Positions 1-25,888 of a DNA stretch of 31,853 bases are shown here, piece after piece; the first letter of the stretch is position 1; every line of letters starts with the position of its first letter. The notes under the pieces are model-generated. The model saw nothing but the letters and a program-made list of their open reading frames with translations, did not search any database and was not told where the DNA came from. The position numbers and the translations under genes are program-made. Source of the DNA: Salpingoeca rosetta (taxonomy: Eukaryota; Protista; Choanoflagellata); contig JAWQFM010000004.1 in assembly GCA_033442325.1 (NCBI GenBank), forward strand, positions 395,313 to 427,165, written 5' to 3'.

Positions 1-150
<150 letters not shown>

Positions 151-161
151 ATCCCACTGAC

Positions 162-287
162 CATGACAGAGTCGTACGAGTCCTGTGACTGGATGGCAAA
201 GAGGTTGTTGGCAATGTGCAGCGTGCTGAACGTGCTGAAGGCCAGCCCGCTCACAGCCTGCACCTGCTTCCACCAGAACAGCGACAT
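162..287 (-). CDS. First coding exon of a small putative membrane protein (gene continues off the left edge); weakly reminiscent of MCP1/DUF1691-type transmembrane hairpins
   Basis: The minus strand from ATG 287 reads MSLFWWKQVQAVSGLAFSTFSTLHIANNLFAIQSQDSYDSVM (42 codons) and ends at a phase-0 GTCAGT donor at 161, followed by a (TG)n intron. It contains a hydrophobic helix with an LH motif. The family label is a tentative recollection. Confidence 0.6.
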
Positions 288-457
288 GGCACCTGCGTTG
301 TGTTGTTGTTTGTTGGTTGGTGGCTTTGTCTTGTTTGAACTGGTGTCTCGTTTATGGTGCACGTCATGCTGTCACTCGTTTCCTGATTCATTCAAGCCTC
401 AACACGAACGTGCATAGCTTGCTTACAAGTCAAGGTAGTAGCCAGCCAATCACACAG

Positions 458-530
<73 letters not shown>

Positions 531-624
531 CACACACACATACACACACACACACACACACAGATACAGGCAGACACAGACACAGGCACACACAGGCACA
601 CACAGGCACAAACATGCACACGTG

Positions 625-2247
625 TCAATGCTTGCGAAGCGCGTTGACGGCGCGAGCAGCCGCCGCCGCCAACAACACAGTATCCCCACCACCTTCACCC
701 GCCTCTCCCTGCTCCTTCTGCAGCTGGTGCTTGAGCGCGGATACGAACGCCGCCGTTCCCGCCTCCTTCCCACCAACATGCAGCGCACGCAAGTCCTCAG
801 GCACCTCCTCCACGCGCCCCGCGCACGACACAAACTCCATACCATCTCGCCTAAACTCTGCCATGGGTCCGTCGTTGCCACTGGGGGCATCGCCAATCGC
901 CAGCGCTCGCCGCACGTCCAGCGGCCGCGTACAGAACCGGTACGGCGACACACCCGAGCCATCACCACAATCACCACCATCGTCACAATCACCGCTGCCG
1001 TCTGTTTGCTGCTGCCGAACGTCGGCTGTGCTCGTCGCTTCACAACAGCCACTCTCACAACAGCCGTGCTCACCATCGCAACCATGGCTACCCACCCCAC
1101 AGCAGCCACTGCTTCCTCCATTGCTGCAATCTGCGCGGTCCACACACCCGATATGGGCGCCGTGGCGACTGCGGCGCAGCCAGCCGATGGGGGTGGCCTT
1201 GTTCACGCCCAGCTTGAAGAACCACACGCTATTTGGTGCAAAAGACACCTCAATGCCGTGCTGCGCGCACAGGCGCTGCAGATCACCAAAGTACTTGTCT
1301 GCCACCGCACGTGGTACGCCCATCAGTGTCATCGACGACGGGTACACGCCAGCGTTAGCGTCACTACTCTTCTCCAGATGCTGGCGGCGGCTGTCAGTGC
1401 TGCTGCTGCTGCTGCCGTTACTGTTGTTGTTGTTGTCGTTGCCGTTGCCGCTGCTGCTGCTGTCATTGTTGTTGTTGCTGCTGCTGTTGCTGTTGTCACT
1501 GCTACAGCTGCCGTCTTTGCCGCTCTCGAGTTCAGCGATAGCGATGGCAGCGGCATCAGGGACCGAGGAGCAGGAGAAAAGCACCTCGTTGGTGTCGCAC
1601 AGCACGGCGCCTGGCGTGGTGATGAGCTCTTCCGTGACGACGGCGTCGGCGCCGCCAGGGTGCTCTGCGATGCGCGCACACAAGCGGGAAAACGGCTCCT
1701 GATACTTGTCGCTGAGGAGGTGGATGAGCGCTGGATCTGCAGCCATGTCGGTGTACAGCTTGCGGAGGATGGCCAGGATCCGAGGCTTCACAAAAGCTAC
1801 CTGCTGTGGTGTGAGACACGTCCCGCCGCTCACGGCCGATCTGATGTAGTCCTTGCTGTACACGATGTCGCCGCTGTCGCAGTGCCCCGTCACAAAGGCA
1901 GCGCCGGTGCAGGTTGCCATTGCCACCTGCCCAGCGCGACGGTACTGCGGCGGGATGTGGTCCCAGAACTGTCGGCGCGCGCGCGTGTGCGCTGTTGTGT
2001 TGAGCAGGATGCACCCGCCATCCCGCAGCCACTGCAGCACGGGTTCATAGCACGGGGATTCCTTGAGCGTCGGGTACAGTCCGCTCTGCGGTCGCTCCAC
2101 CAGCGTCGAGTCCATGTCGCACACCAGCACCATTCCATCACAGCACCCTCGACCACTTTGCTTTGCCTTCTTCACATCATCACCACCACCATCATCGTGG
2201 TCGTTGGTGACGCTGCTGTCGTCGTGGTGCCTTCTTCGCCTTGCCAT
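625..2247 (-). CDS. HAD-superfamily subclass IIB (Cof/PMM-like) hydrolase/phosphatase, single exon, with low-complexity inserts
   Basis: Uninterrupted ~540-aa ORF, first ATG at 2247. Motif I LVCDMDSTLV, motif II LLNTT, motif III Lys in GVNKATPI, motif IV ALAIGDAPSGNDGPM. The large cap region lies between motifs II and III (C2-type cap). Confidence 0.8.
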   Translation of the reverse strand: MARRRRHHDDSSVTNDHDDGGGDDVKKAKQSGRGCCDGMVLVCDMDSTLVERPQSGLYPTLKESPCYEPVLQWLRDGGCILLNTTAHTRARRQFWDHIPPQYRRAGQVAMATCTGAAFVTGHCDSGDIVYSKDYIRSAVSGGTCLTPQQVAFVKPRILAILRKLYTDMAADPALIHLLSDKYQEPFSRLCARIAEHPGGADAVVTEELITTPGAVLCDTNEVLFSCSSVPDAAAIAIAELESGKDGSCSSDNSNSSSNNNNDSSSSGNGNDNNNNSNGSSSSSTDSRRQHLEKSSDANAGVYPSSMTLMGVPRAVADKYFGDLQRLCAQHGIEVSFAPNSVWFFKLGVNKATPIGWLRRSRHGAHIGCVDRADCSNGGSSGCCGVGSHGCDGEHGCCESGCCEATSTADVRQQQTDGSGDCDDGGDCGDGSGVSPYRFCTRPLDVRRALAIGDAPSGNDGPMAEFRRDGMEFVSCAGRVEEVPEDLRALHVGGKEAGTAAFVSALKHQLQKEQGEAGEGGGDTVLLAAAAARAVNALRKH

Positions 2248-2426
2248 CACCAGCGACCGTGTTTGCTGAAAAGTGGTGTAAATCTTTGTTTAAACTTCGA
2301 TGGCGCGCAAACGTGTCCGCGCCGCTCTCCACACAAATCTCATCTTCTCTTGAACACAACGAGCAAGCAAGACGCAGGGCGACAGTGTGTGTGTGTGTGA
2401 TACGTGCGCAGACACATCCACAAGCA

Positions 2427-2457
<31 letters not shown>

Positions 2458-2509
2458 GACACACACACAGACCGACCGACAGACAGACAGACAGACACAC
2501 ACACACACA

Positions 2510-5039
<2,530 letters not shown>

Positions 5040-5139
5040 NNNNNNNNNNNNNNNNNNNNNNNNNNNNNNNNNNNNNNNNNNNNNNNNNNNNNNNNNNNNN
5101 NNNNNNNNNNNNNNNNNNNNNNNNNNNNNNNNNNNNNNN
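5040..5139. other. Assembly gap (100 N, probably unsized) hiding the 3' ends of two convergent genes
   Basis: N run; both flanking genes are unfinished at the gap. Confidence 0.95.
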
Positions 5140-5155
5140 TGTGTGTGTGTGTGTG

Positions 5156-5236
<81 letters not shown>

Positions 5237-5335
5237 TGCAAAGTGCATGGAATAACGAGTGTGCACAACACACGTACAGTGTATGCGTCCAGGCCCAGCA
5301 TGCAGCCATGCACATGCGTATGTGTGTGTGTGCAC

Positions 5336-11824
<6,489 letters not shown>

Positions 11825-12322
11825 TGTTCTCCCTGGCTGTGCGCGCTCGCTTTGCTTAGGAGCGCGCGTTGTCGGCTGCCGTCCTCCTCCTCTTCTTCTA
11901 TCCCTCAGAAGTGACACTTTCCCCAACAACACGGGAGGGGGTATCTTGTTTGTTCAAGAATGGGTCACAGAGGAGGTCCCGAGGTGTTTGGCACTTTGAT
12001 GTGACGACGTGAGCTGTGTGTGCTGGGTGCTGTTGTACTCCTTCTTCTCCTGCGTGTCAGGCTTGCACACCCTAACACAACAAACAATGAACAAAGCGAA
12101 CACCAGAGCAAGCCGATCGCTTGCGTGTCAGGGCGTCGTCACCAGGGCCACACGCCGCACACCCCAACACAACAACAGCCAGCGCGCAAAACAACAACAG
12201 CACTGCAGCGTCCGCTAAATGCGGCAGTGCAAAGGCAGAATTGACTTTGGCAGACAAAAAGGCAGCAAAGTCATTTTCGACTTGCTTGTGCTTCCTCCAA
12301 ACACAACACAGCAGCGGAGCAG

Positions 12323-14210
12323 ATGATGGGGATGACACGCTTGTTGTTACTGGCAGTGGTTGCGCTCGCCGCACAGGCGGCAGCAGCAGCGGCGGCAGCG
12401 GAAGGGAGGACGATGGTGTTTGGTGGTGTTGGGGAGAAGAGTGTGGGACCCCCAGCACGGTACTTTACCCAGTGGCAGGATCACTTTGACGGCACAAACG
12501 TCAACACTTGGCAGCAGGCCTACTATGTGAACGACACGTTCTGGAAGGGCGATGCCAACGCGCCCGTGTTCCTGTGCGTCGGCGGCGAGGGCCCGCCCAT
12601 CGACGGCAGCGTCGTCGTCTCCAGCGTGCACTGCAACGGCGCAGTGGAGATGCTGCCGGAGACGGGCGCCATCATGTTTGCCGTGGAGCACCGCTACTAC
12701 GGCTGCCACAACATGAGCGCGTGCCCCGTGACCTCCTTCCTCAAGCCAAAGGATGCCCTACGCTTCCTGTCGAGCCGGCAGGCGCTGGCGGACCTTGCGG
12801 GCTTTCACGCCTATGCCACGGCCACATATGGGCTCAAGCCAACCAACAAGTGGGTCTCCTTTGGCGGCAGCTACCCGGGCATGCTGGCTGGGTGGTTCCG
12901 GCTCAAGTTCCCGCACCTCGTGCACGCGTCCGTGGCCTCGTCTGCGCCCGTGCAGGCCATCGTGGACATGGTTGGCTACAACGACGTGGTTGCCGAGGCG
13001 TACGCCGTGTCCAACAACAACGTCGGTGGAAGCCCCGCCTGCCGCAAGGCCATTGCGGACGGGCACGCCATGATCGGCCAGATGTTCAGCAGCGACAGCG
13101 GGCGCACGCGGCTGGCTAACCTGTTTGGGCACAACGCCAAGTGGTACGAGAACAAGCTCAACCAGGCCAGCTTTGCCGGGTTTGGCGTCGCCTACTTCCC
13201 AGCGCAGGGCAACGACCCCGCGTGCACAGACCCGGCGTGCAACATTGGCCGCATCTGTGCGGTTATGACCAACACGAGCCTTGGCGATGAGGTATCGCGT
13301 CTTGCCGCCATCCGCAACATGCAGGACGAGTGGCTTTCGCAGCCGTTTGAGACCGTCAACCGGAAGCACTCGCTGATGCACGCCGCAGGCAACGACGCCG
13401 AGCTGCCAGACTTCTGGAGCTGGCAGGTGTGCACGGAGTTTGGGTTCTTCCAGACGTGCGAGGTGGGCAGCAAGTGCTTCTTCACGCAGGGATATGACAC
13501 GCTGCAGTCGCAGATGGAGTTTTGCAGCGCCGTGTTTGGCATTCCCGCCACAAAGGTGCGGCAGAACATTGCGGACAGCAACCTGTATTATGGTGGGCGC
13601 AACTCTGGCGGGTCGTGTCTCATCTACCCGAACGGCGAGGTCGATCCTTGGCACGCGCAGTCCATCCTCAACTCCACCAACCCCAACGTCAAGGTGTGTG
13701 TTGTGTTTGTGTTTGTGTTTGTGTTGTGTTGTGTTGTGTTTGTGTTGTGTTTGTGTTGTGTTGTGTTTGTGTTGTGTTGTGCTGTGTTGTGCTGTGTTTG
13801 TGTAAGTGAGTGTGTGAGTGTTGTGTTGTGTTGTGTGTGTTGTGTTGTGTTTGTGTTGTTTGTGTTGTGTTGTGTTGTGTGTGCATGTGAGTGAGTGAGT
13901 GTGTGTTTGTGTTGTGTTGTGTTGTGTTTGTGTCTGTGTTGTGCCACACCTTCGAGTGGGCACGACTTTCATTGCTTGACTCCGCTGCCATGTCTTACCA
14001 CCATTGTTCGTCTCACCACCCTTGCTTCCACACACCAACGATTCACACGCTCCCTCCTCCTTGCACGTATCAAACCAGACACTGTGGGTGCCCGGCGCGT
14101 CGCATCACGCATGGACGCACCCGTCTCTGCCGACCGACCAGCCCTCTGTTGTCGCCGCTCGTAAGGCCATCCGCGACTACGTCACCTCCACCCTCAACCA
14201 GGAGTGCTGA
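12323..14210 (+). CDS. Secreted/lysosomal serine peptidase family S28 (PRSS16/PRCP/DPP7-like)
   Basis: Exons 12323-13693 and 14079-14210 (TGA). Signal peptide MTRLLLLAVVALAAQA. S28 motifs QDHFD, VGGEGP, EHRYYG, SSRQALADL, catalytic GGSYPG (Ser), WQVCTEFG, NGEVDPW (Asp) and GASHH (His). Confidence 0.93.
13694..13941. repeat. (TTGTG)n/(TG)n repeat in the S28 peptidase intron
   Basis: Starts at the GT donor and is visible in sequence. Confidence 0.9.
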
Positions 14211-14485
14211 GGCGCTCACGTGTGTGTTGTGCTTGTGTGTTGTGTTGTCCTGTATGTACGTGTGTGTGTGTGAGTGTGCATGTGTGTCGTGCTCTGTGCA
14301 CGAGTGAATACACACAACATGAAGCAAGTGGAAAGAACAACGTCTGCCACACACAGCATTCATCTTGTTTTGTGCTGTCGCGAAACACCACTCCATATCC
14401 GCCGCTGCAACGGTTGGTTGTCTTTCCCCAACAAAACCACGCAGGCGCAGGCACAAGCACACACGAACACACAGAGACACGGACA

Positions 14486-15846
<1,361 letters not shown>

Positions 15847-16146
15847 TCTGTGTGCATGTGTGTGTGTGCATGTGTGTGTGTGTGTCTGCATTCGTGCACC
15901 GTAAACCTTGCCTCCTCTCTTCGACACCTCTGTGCGTGTGGCGTTGCTGTTATCCCTCAACATTCGTGTTGCTGTTGCTGGCTGTACCAGCAACACCCGC
16001 TCCTTGGACTTCTGATGCAAGCACGAGTACAATCATCTCAACCTCTTTACTTGTATGGGCGATGCGCGACATGAGGACAGACTTTCACACGTCAAACACA
16101 GACACACAAGACAGACGTACAGCACGGATAGCGTACATACGCACAT

Positions 16147-16237
<91 letters not shown>

Positions 16238-16448
16238 AGGGGACACAGAGAGCCGTCACAAAGACCAACAGACAATGGTTGCTGTCTGACTTGATGTCAT
16301 GGGTAACATATGGAATCAATAGGAGAGGGGTGGAGGCCGAAGGCAACAATACACACGTGTCGGCTGCCATCGTCGTCGTCTTTGCGGCTGCTGTATTTAG
16401 TTGCAGCACTGTTGCAAGCTGCTGCTGCTGCTGTTGCTGCTTGATGGT

Positions 16449-17175
16449 TCAGAGGACTTGATCGCCCTCCTGTACGTTCTTGACGCTGAGAATCTCGAGC
16501 GTGCCCTTGCCACGTGTCAACTCGTTCACCTTCTCGTCAATCAGCCTGTAAGCGCCAGGGTCAACCTTTGCAACCTGCCAGCAGAGCGGAGGTGGAGGAG
16601 GGGATGGTGAGCGGAGGAATGGGGCAGAGGTGGAGGAGAAGGGTGTGAACCGCTCGCACACATACGCACACACACGCACACACATGCACACACATGCACA
16701 CATACACACACACACACACACGTGCACACACACACGTGCACACACACACACACATACGTATATGCGCTTACAATCTCGAGCTCGTCGCCCTCAAACTCGT
16801 CGGATTCAACTTCGGCAAAGAAGCCGGATATGGCGGCCTTTGTCTTCTTCGCCTCACGCGCCGGCAGCACCACACGCACGGTCATCTGTGCACGCTCGAG
16901 CGGGATGGTCTCCTGCAGCTTGCGGATCACGTCTAGTGCCTGGCTCTTGCTGGACGCGTTGGGCTTGACGGAGAAGTGCAGGTCTTTCATCGCGCGCTCA
17001 ATCTGCGCAGCCACATATGGGCGCTTTGTGTCGGGGTTGATGCACTTGTCCGATACAATCGAGGCCACCTCCTTGAACTTGTCTGCCAGCTCGTTGTCGC
17101 GCTCCTCCTTGCTCACTTGCAGCTCTCCCTTTGCAAGGATCTGTGCATGTGTGTGTGTGTGCGTGTGTGTGTGTG

Positions 17176-17248
<73 letters not shown>

Positions 17249-17923
17249 NNNNNNNNNNNNNNNNNNNNNNNNNNNNNNNNNNNNNNNNNNNNNNNNNNNN
17301 NNNNNNNNNNNNNNNNNNNNNNNNNNNNNNNNNNNNNNNNNNNNNNNNNNNNNNNNNNNNNNNNNNNNNNNNNNNNNNNNNNNNNNNNNNNNNNNNNNNN
17401 NNNNNNNNNNNNNNNNNNNNNNNNNNNNNNNNNNNNNNNNNNNNNNNNNNNNNNNNNNNNNNNNNNNNNNNNNNNNNNNNNNNNNNNNNNNNNNNNNNNN
17501 NNNNNNNNNNNNNNNNNNNNNNNNNNNNNNNNNNNNNNNNNNNNNNNNNNNNNNNNNNNNNNNNNNNNNNNNNNNNNNNNNNNNNNNNNNNNNNNNNNNN
17601 NNNNNNNNNNNNNNNNNNNNNNNNNNNNNNNNNNNNNNNNNNNNNNNNNNNNNNNNNNNNNNNNNNNNNNNNNNNNNNNNNNNNNNNNNNNNNNNNNNNN
17701 NNNNNNNNNNNNNNNNNNNNNNNNNNNNNNNNNNNNNNNNNNNNNNNNNNNNNNNNNNNNNNNNNNNNNNNNNNNNNNNNNNNNNNNNNNTCTTCTTTCG
17801 CCATGAGACGACTTTGTTCTTGAAGCAGGCAATCTCAAAGCGCTTGCCGCCCTTGCGTTGCCGCACGATGGCCACGTTTGTCAGCCGCTTCTGCGTCACG
17901 GGCTGTGTCACTCGCGCAGACAT
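16449..17923 (-). CDS. SBDS: Ribosome maturation factor SBDS/Sdo1 (middle part hidden in gap)
   Basis: Exon from ATG 17923 into the gap ([28 protein letters not shown]), exon 17140-16772 ([10 protein letters not shown]...[10 protein letters not shown]...[14 protein letters not shown]), exon 16574-16449 ([11 protein letters not shown]..., TGA). Confidence 0.95.
17249..17790. other. Assembly gap (542 N) within SBDS
   Basis: N run; roughly 40 aa of the SBDS N-domain are missing between SWRKK and ILAKG. Confidence 0.95.
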
Positions 17924-18008
17924 GATGATGCGTGTGTGTTCCTTGACGAAGGTATCTTGTGTTTGCGTCTGTAACCGCTGCTGTGGATTGCTTGTGTGGA
18001 AAATGGAT

Positions 18009-18051
<43 letters not shown>

Positions 18052-18193
18052 AGTGTGCATTGTGTGTGAATGGTATGGAAAGCATCCTCGAACACGCATA
18101 TCAGCCACATACACACACGCATGCACGCACACACACATGCACGCAGATGCACGCAGATGCACACATGCACAATCCCACACACAAATCACGCAC

Positions 18194-23322
<5,129 letters not shown>

Positions 23323-23348
23323 ATCCGACCACAAACACGTTTCAACAG

Positions 23349-23356
23349 TTTCGCGC
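23349..23356 (+). promoter_or_regulatory. Candidate E2F site TTTCGCGC just upstream of the MCM8 start
   Basis: Exact match to the TTTSSCGC consensus, 27 bp from the MCM8 ATG. Confidence 0.4.
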
Positions 23357-23752
23357 CGCAGCTGTCCACGACACCATAAAAGCACAACTTGATGACAACC
23401 GTTCCGCCTTTTCTTTGCTTGTTGATGATTCACAACGCATTCACGGCGCACAGCCAGCAAAGCAAAGCAAGCACAAAGACAGACACAGAGAGAGACAGCG
23501 AGACCGGCACTCCTCCACGAATCCGCCAGGGCTGCATCGACTCTCTCGCGGTGTGTGTCCGCTTGCTCTGCGCTTCCTTCCATCTATCTCTTGGTTGAGT
23601 GTTTGTTTGTTTGTTGTCCCCATTTGAGCTGAGTGGTGGTGTTTGAGGGGGGTCGACATCAAATCACATCACACCAAAAATCAACAACCACAACGAATGT
23701 ATTCTTCGTGCGTGTGGACAAAGGAAATCATCTTCCGACAGAAGGTGCCGAC

Positions 23753-23760
23753 GCGCCAAA
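23753..23760 (-). promoter_or_regulatory. Candidate E2F site TTTGGCGC in the MCM8/USP32 divergent intergenic region
   Basis: Plus strand GCGCCAAA = TTTGGCGC on the minus strand, an exact TTTSSCGC match. Confidence 0.35.
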
Positions 23761-23864
23761 CAGATCCAACTCACCTGTCACAGCCATCTGCCCTGCTTCA
23801 GATTCCGTGCTCAACGCGTTACAGCAGTTAAGAACAAGCCTGTAGACCCAACACCAACACCACC

Positions 23865-24305
23865 ATGGGTGGAAAGAGCTCTCGGCTCGTCACCGTCGAG
23901 CAAGCAAAGGAACTGCGTACGTCCTGTGGTTGTTTGCGTGATTGCGTTTGTTTGTGTATGTCTGTGCATGTGCATGTGCAATTGTTTGTGCTCATCTGCT
24001 TGCCTCTGTGTGCCTGTATGTGCCTGCGTCTCTACCTGTGTGCGTGTGTTTGTTGTGCGATTCCCTGCGCACTCCTTTCTTGTGCGCTCATGTCCATGCA
24101 CGCCTGTCCTGTTGCAGTTGGGCCGGAGCAAGAGCAACACATTCGTGATGCCTGGACACAGCTGCGTGGCAGCACCTCCCAAACCCTCGACGCCAACTCG
24201 GCCATCCGACTCCTCTTCCCGTACATGCCACGCGTCTTTCAAGAGGTAAAGACTCCGTGAGTGAATGTGTGTGTCTGTGTGTCTGTACTTGTGTGTGTCT
24301 GTACT

Positions 24306-24383
<78 letters not shown>

Positions 24384-25330
24384 GCATGCGCTCATTCACC
24401 TGCCTGCCTACCTGCCTGCCTGCCTGCGTGTGCGTGTGTCTGTGCTTTTTCACTTGCTCACGCGTGTGTGCTTACAACGTTGGCCTTGCGTGACGTAACA
24501 GCGGTTCTTCAAAGCGCTCGGCGGCACCAACCGCGGCATCGCCTTCAAGGACGCCCTGTGCGGCCTGGCCGTGCTCTTGACCACACACATCGACCTGCGC
24601 GCCCGCTGTAAGTGCTGCCATCATCGCCCTTTCCTCGCGTGATATCACATGACACCATGTTTGCACGCGCTGGTGACATGTGCACATGCGCATGTGCGCC
24701 GTGATCGCACCCATCAATCAACACCCGCGCGCGTGTGCCGCCGCCACCACCACGCCTTCAACTCACCTTCTTCGCCCCACATTACCTCCACTACGTTCCA
24801 CCATACCAGTCATCTTCCAGGTGTACGACACAATGGACGTGGGTGTGCTCACGGCCGCGTCGTTCCGGCGCACTGCGCTCACCAGCGATCCAGAGCTGCC
24901 CCGCCCCTTTCGCGACTACTTTGCCACCAAGGTGTGCGTGTGTGTGTGTGTGTGTGTGTTGTGTGCGTGTGTGCGTGTGTTGTGTGTGTGTATCTGTCTG
25001 TCTGTCTGTCTGTCTGTGTGTCTGTGTGTCTGTCTATGTTTCTGGTCGTGACAATGTCTGCCACCACTCACGCTCACCGCACACCTCACGCCCCACACTT
25101 CACGCCAGTCGCCCGAGCTGCCCTTTTCGGAGTTTCTGGCGATTGCGAAGTTGTACCCGGACTGCTGTTCGCTCATCGCTTGGATCTTTCGCACAGAGCA
25201 GCAGCCGCATCCGCACATCCCAACCTACCACGAGACACTCACCACCATCTCGACATGTACGCAACACGCTGCACTGCTGCACGACTTTTGTGGGGGAGTG
25301 TGTTTTCTCAGATCCACTGTCCCCTTGGCT

Positions 25331-25378
<48 letters not shown>

Positions 25379-25846
25379 TCACTCACTCACTCATGCAGAT
25401 GTTCCATATACCTGGTCGTGGTCGGACATAAAGGCAAGTCAGTTCTAGATATACAGAATGCCGCCTAGCAGAATTGGAGATGGCATGCGCTTATAGCTAA
25501 TGCGAGTGATCCCGTTAACGCAGCCACCTCGCCGGGCAATCGCGCGCCGATTGCTTATGGAAGGACCGGGCGAGATTACTCCTGATCGTCTCTACCGGAT
25601 CGGAGTCAGTTGATCGATGCCGTCCGAGAGCCTGGGACATGACGGCTGCACTACAGCGCTGGGAGACAGTGACTGAAGACTAGCTGCCTGACTGGCCCCG
25701 GGCAGTTGGTGGAATCGGCCGCGCAATGTGACTCATATAATCGGCCACTTGAACCCCACCGTATAATAAGCAAACTCAGGGAGGAATTCGCGGTATAAGT
25801 CAGAGAATGGTTTCGAGCCGTCGGGTCAGCACCCTTGGTGGCAGGC

Positions 25847-25888
<42 letters not shown>

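Noticed and set aside
317-2400. Long plus-strand ORFs (461 and 592 aa) overlapping the HAD gene
   Set aside because: Antisense shadows of a GC-rich coding sequence; the HAD motifs are on the minus strand.
12758-14038. 426-aa minus-strand ORF over the S28 peptidase
   Set aside because: Antisense shadow plus intron repeat; no motifs.
18040-18100. [12 protein letters not shown] as the missing MCM8 terminal exon
   Set aside because: Only a faint resemblance, no suitable AG acceptor in front of it, and it runs into the (CA)n repeat.
25399-25847. Group I/II intron, hammerhead ribozyme, tRNA/tmRNA or transposon identity for the foreign segment
   Set aside because: Only isolated fragments match (ACGCAGCCA, CTGAAGA without a following GAAA, a D5-like bulged stem lacking the GNRA loop). 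There is no complete core, no terminal repeats, no target-site duplication and no ORF.
25399-25847. Stop-codon read-through or recoding restoring a USP32 exon
   Set aside because: The frame I read in full has 5 stops of all three types in 150 codons and no EF-hand-like sequence; the required phase-1 frame stops after 16 codons with no resemblance to USP32.
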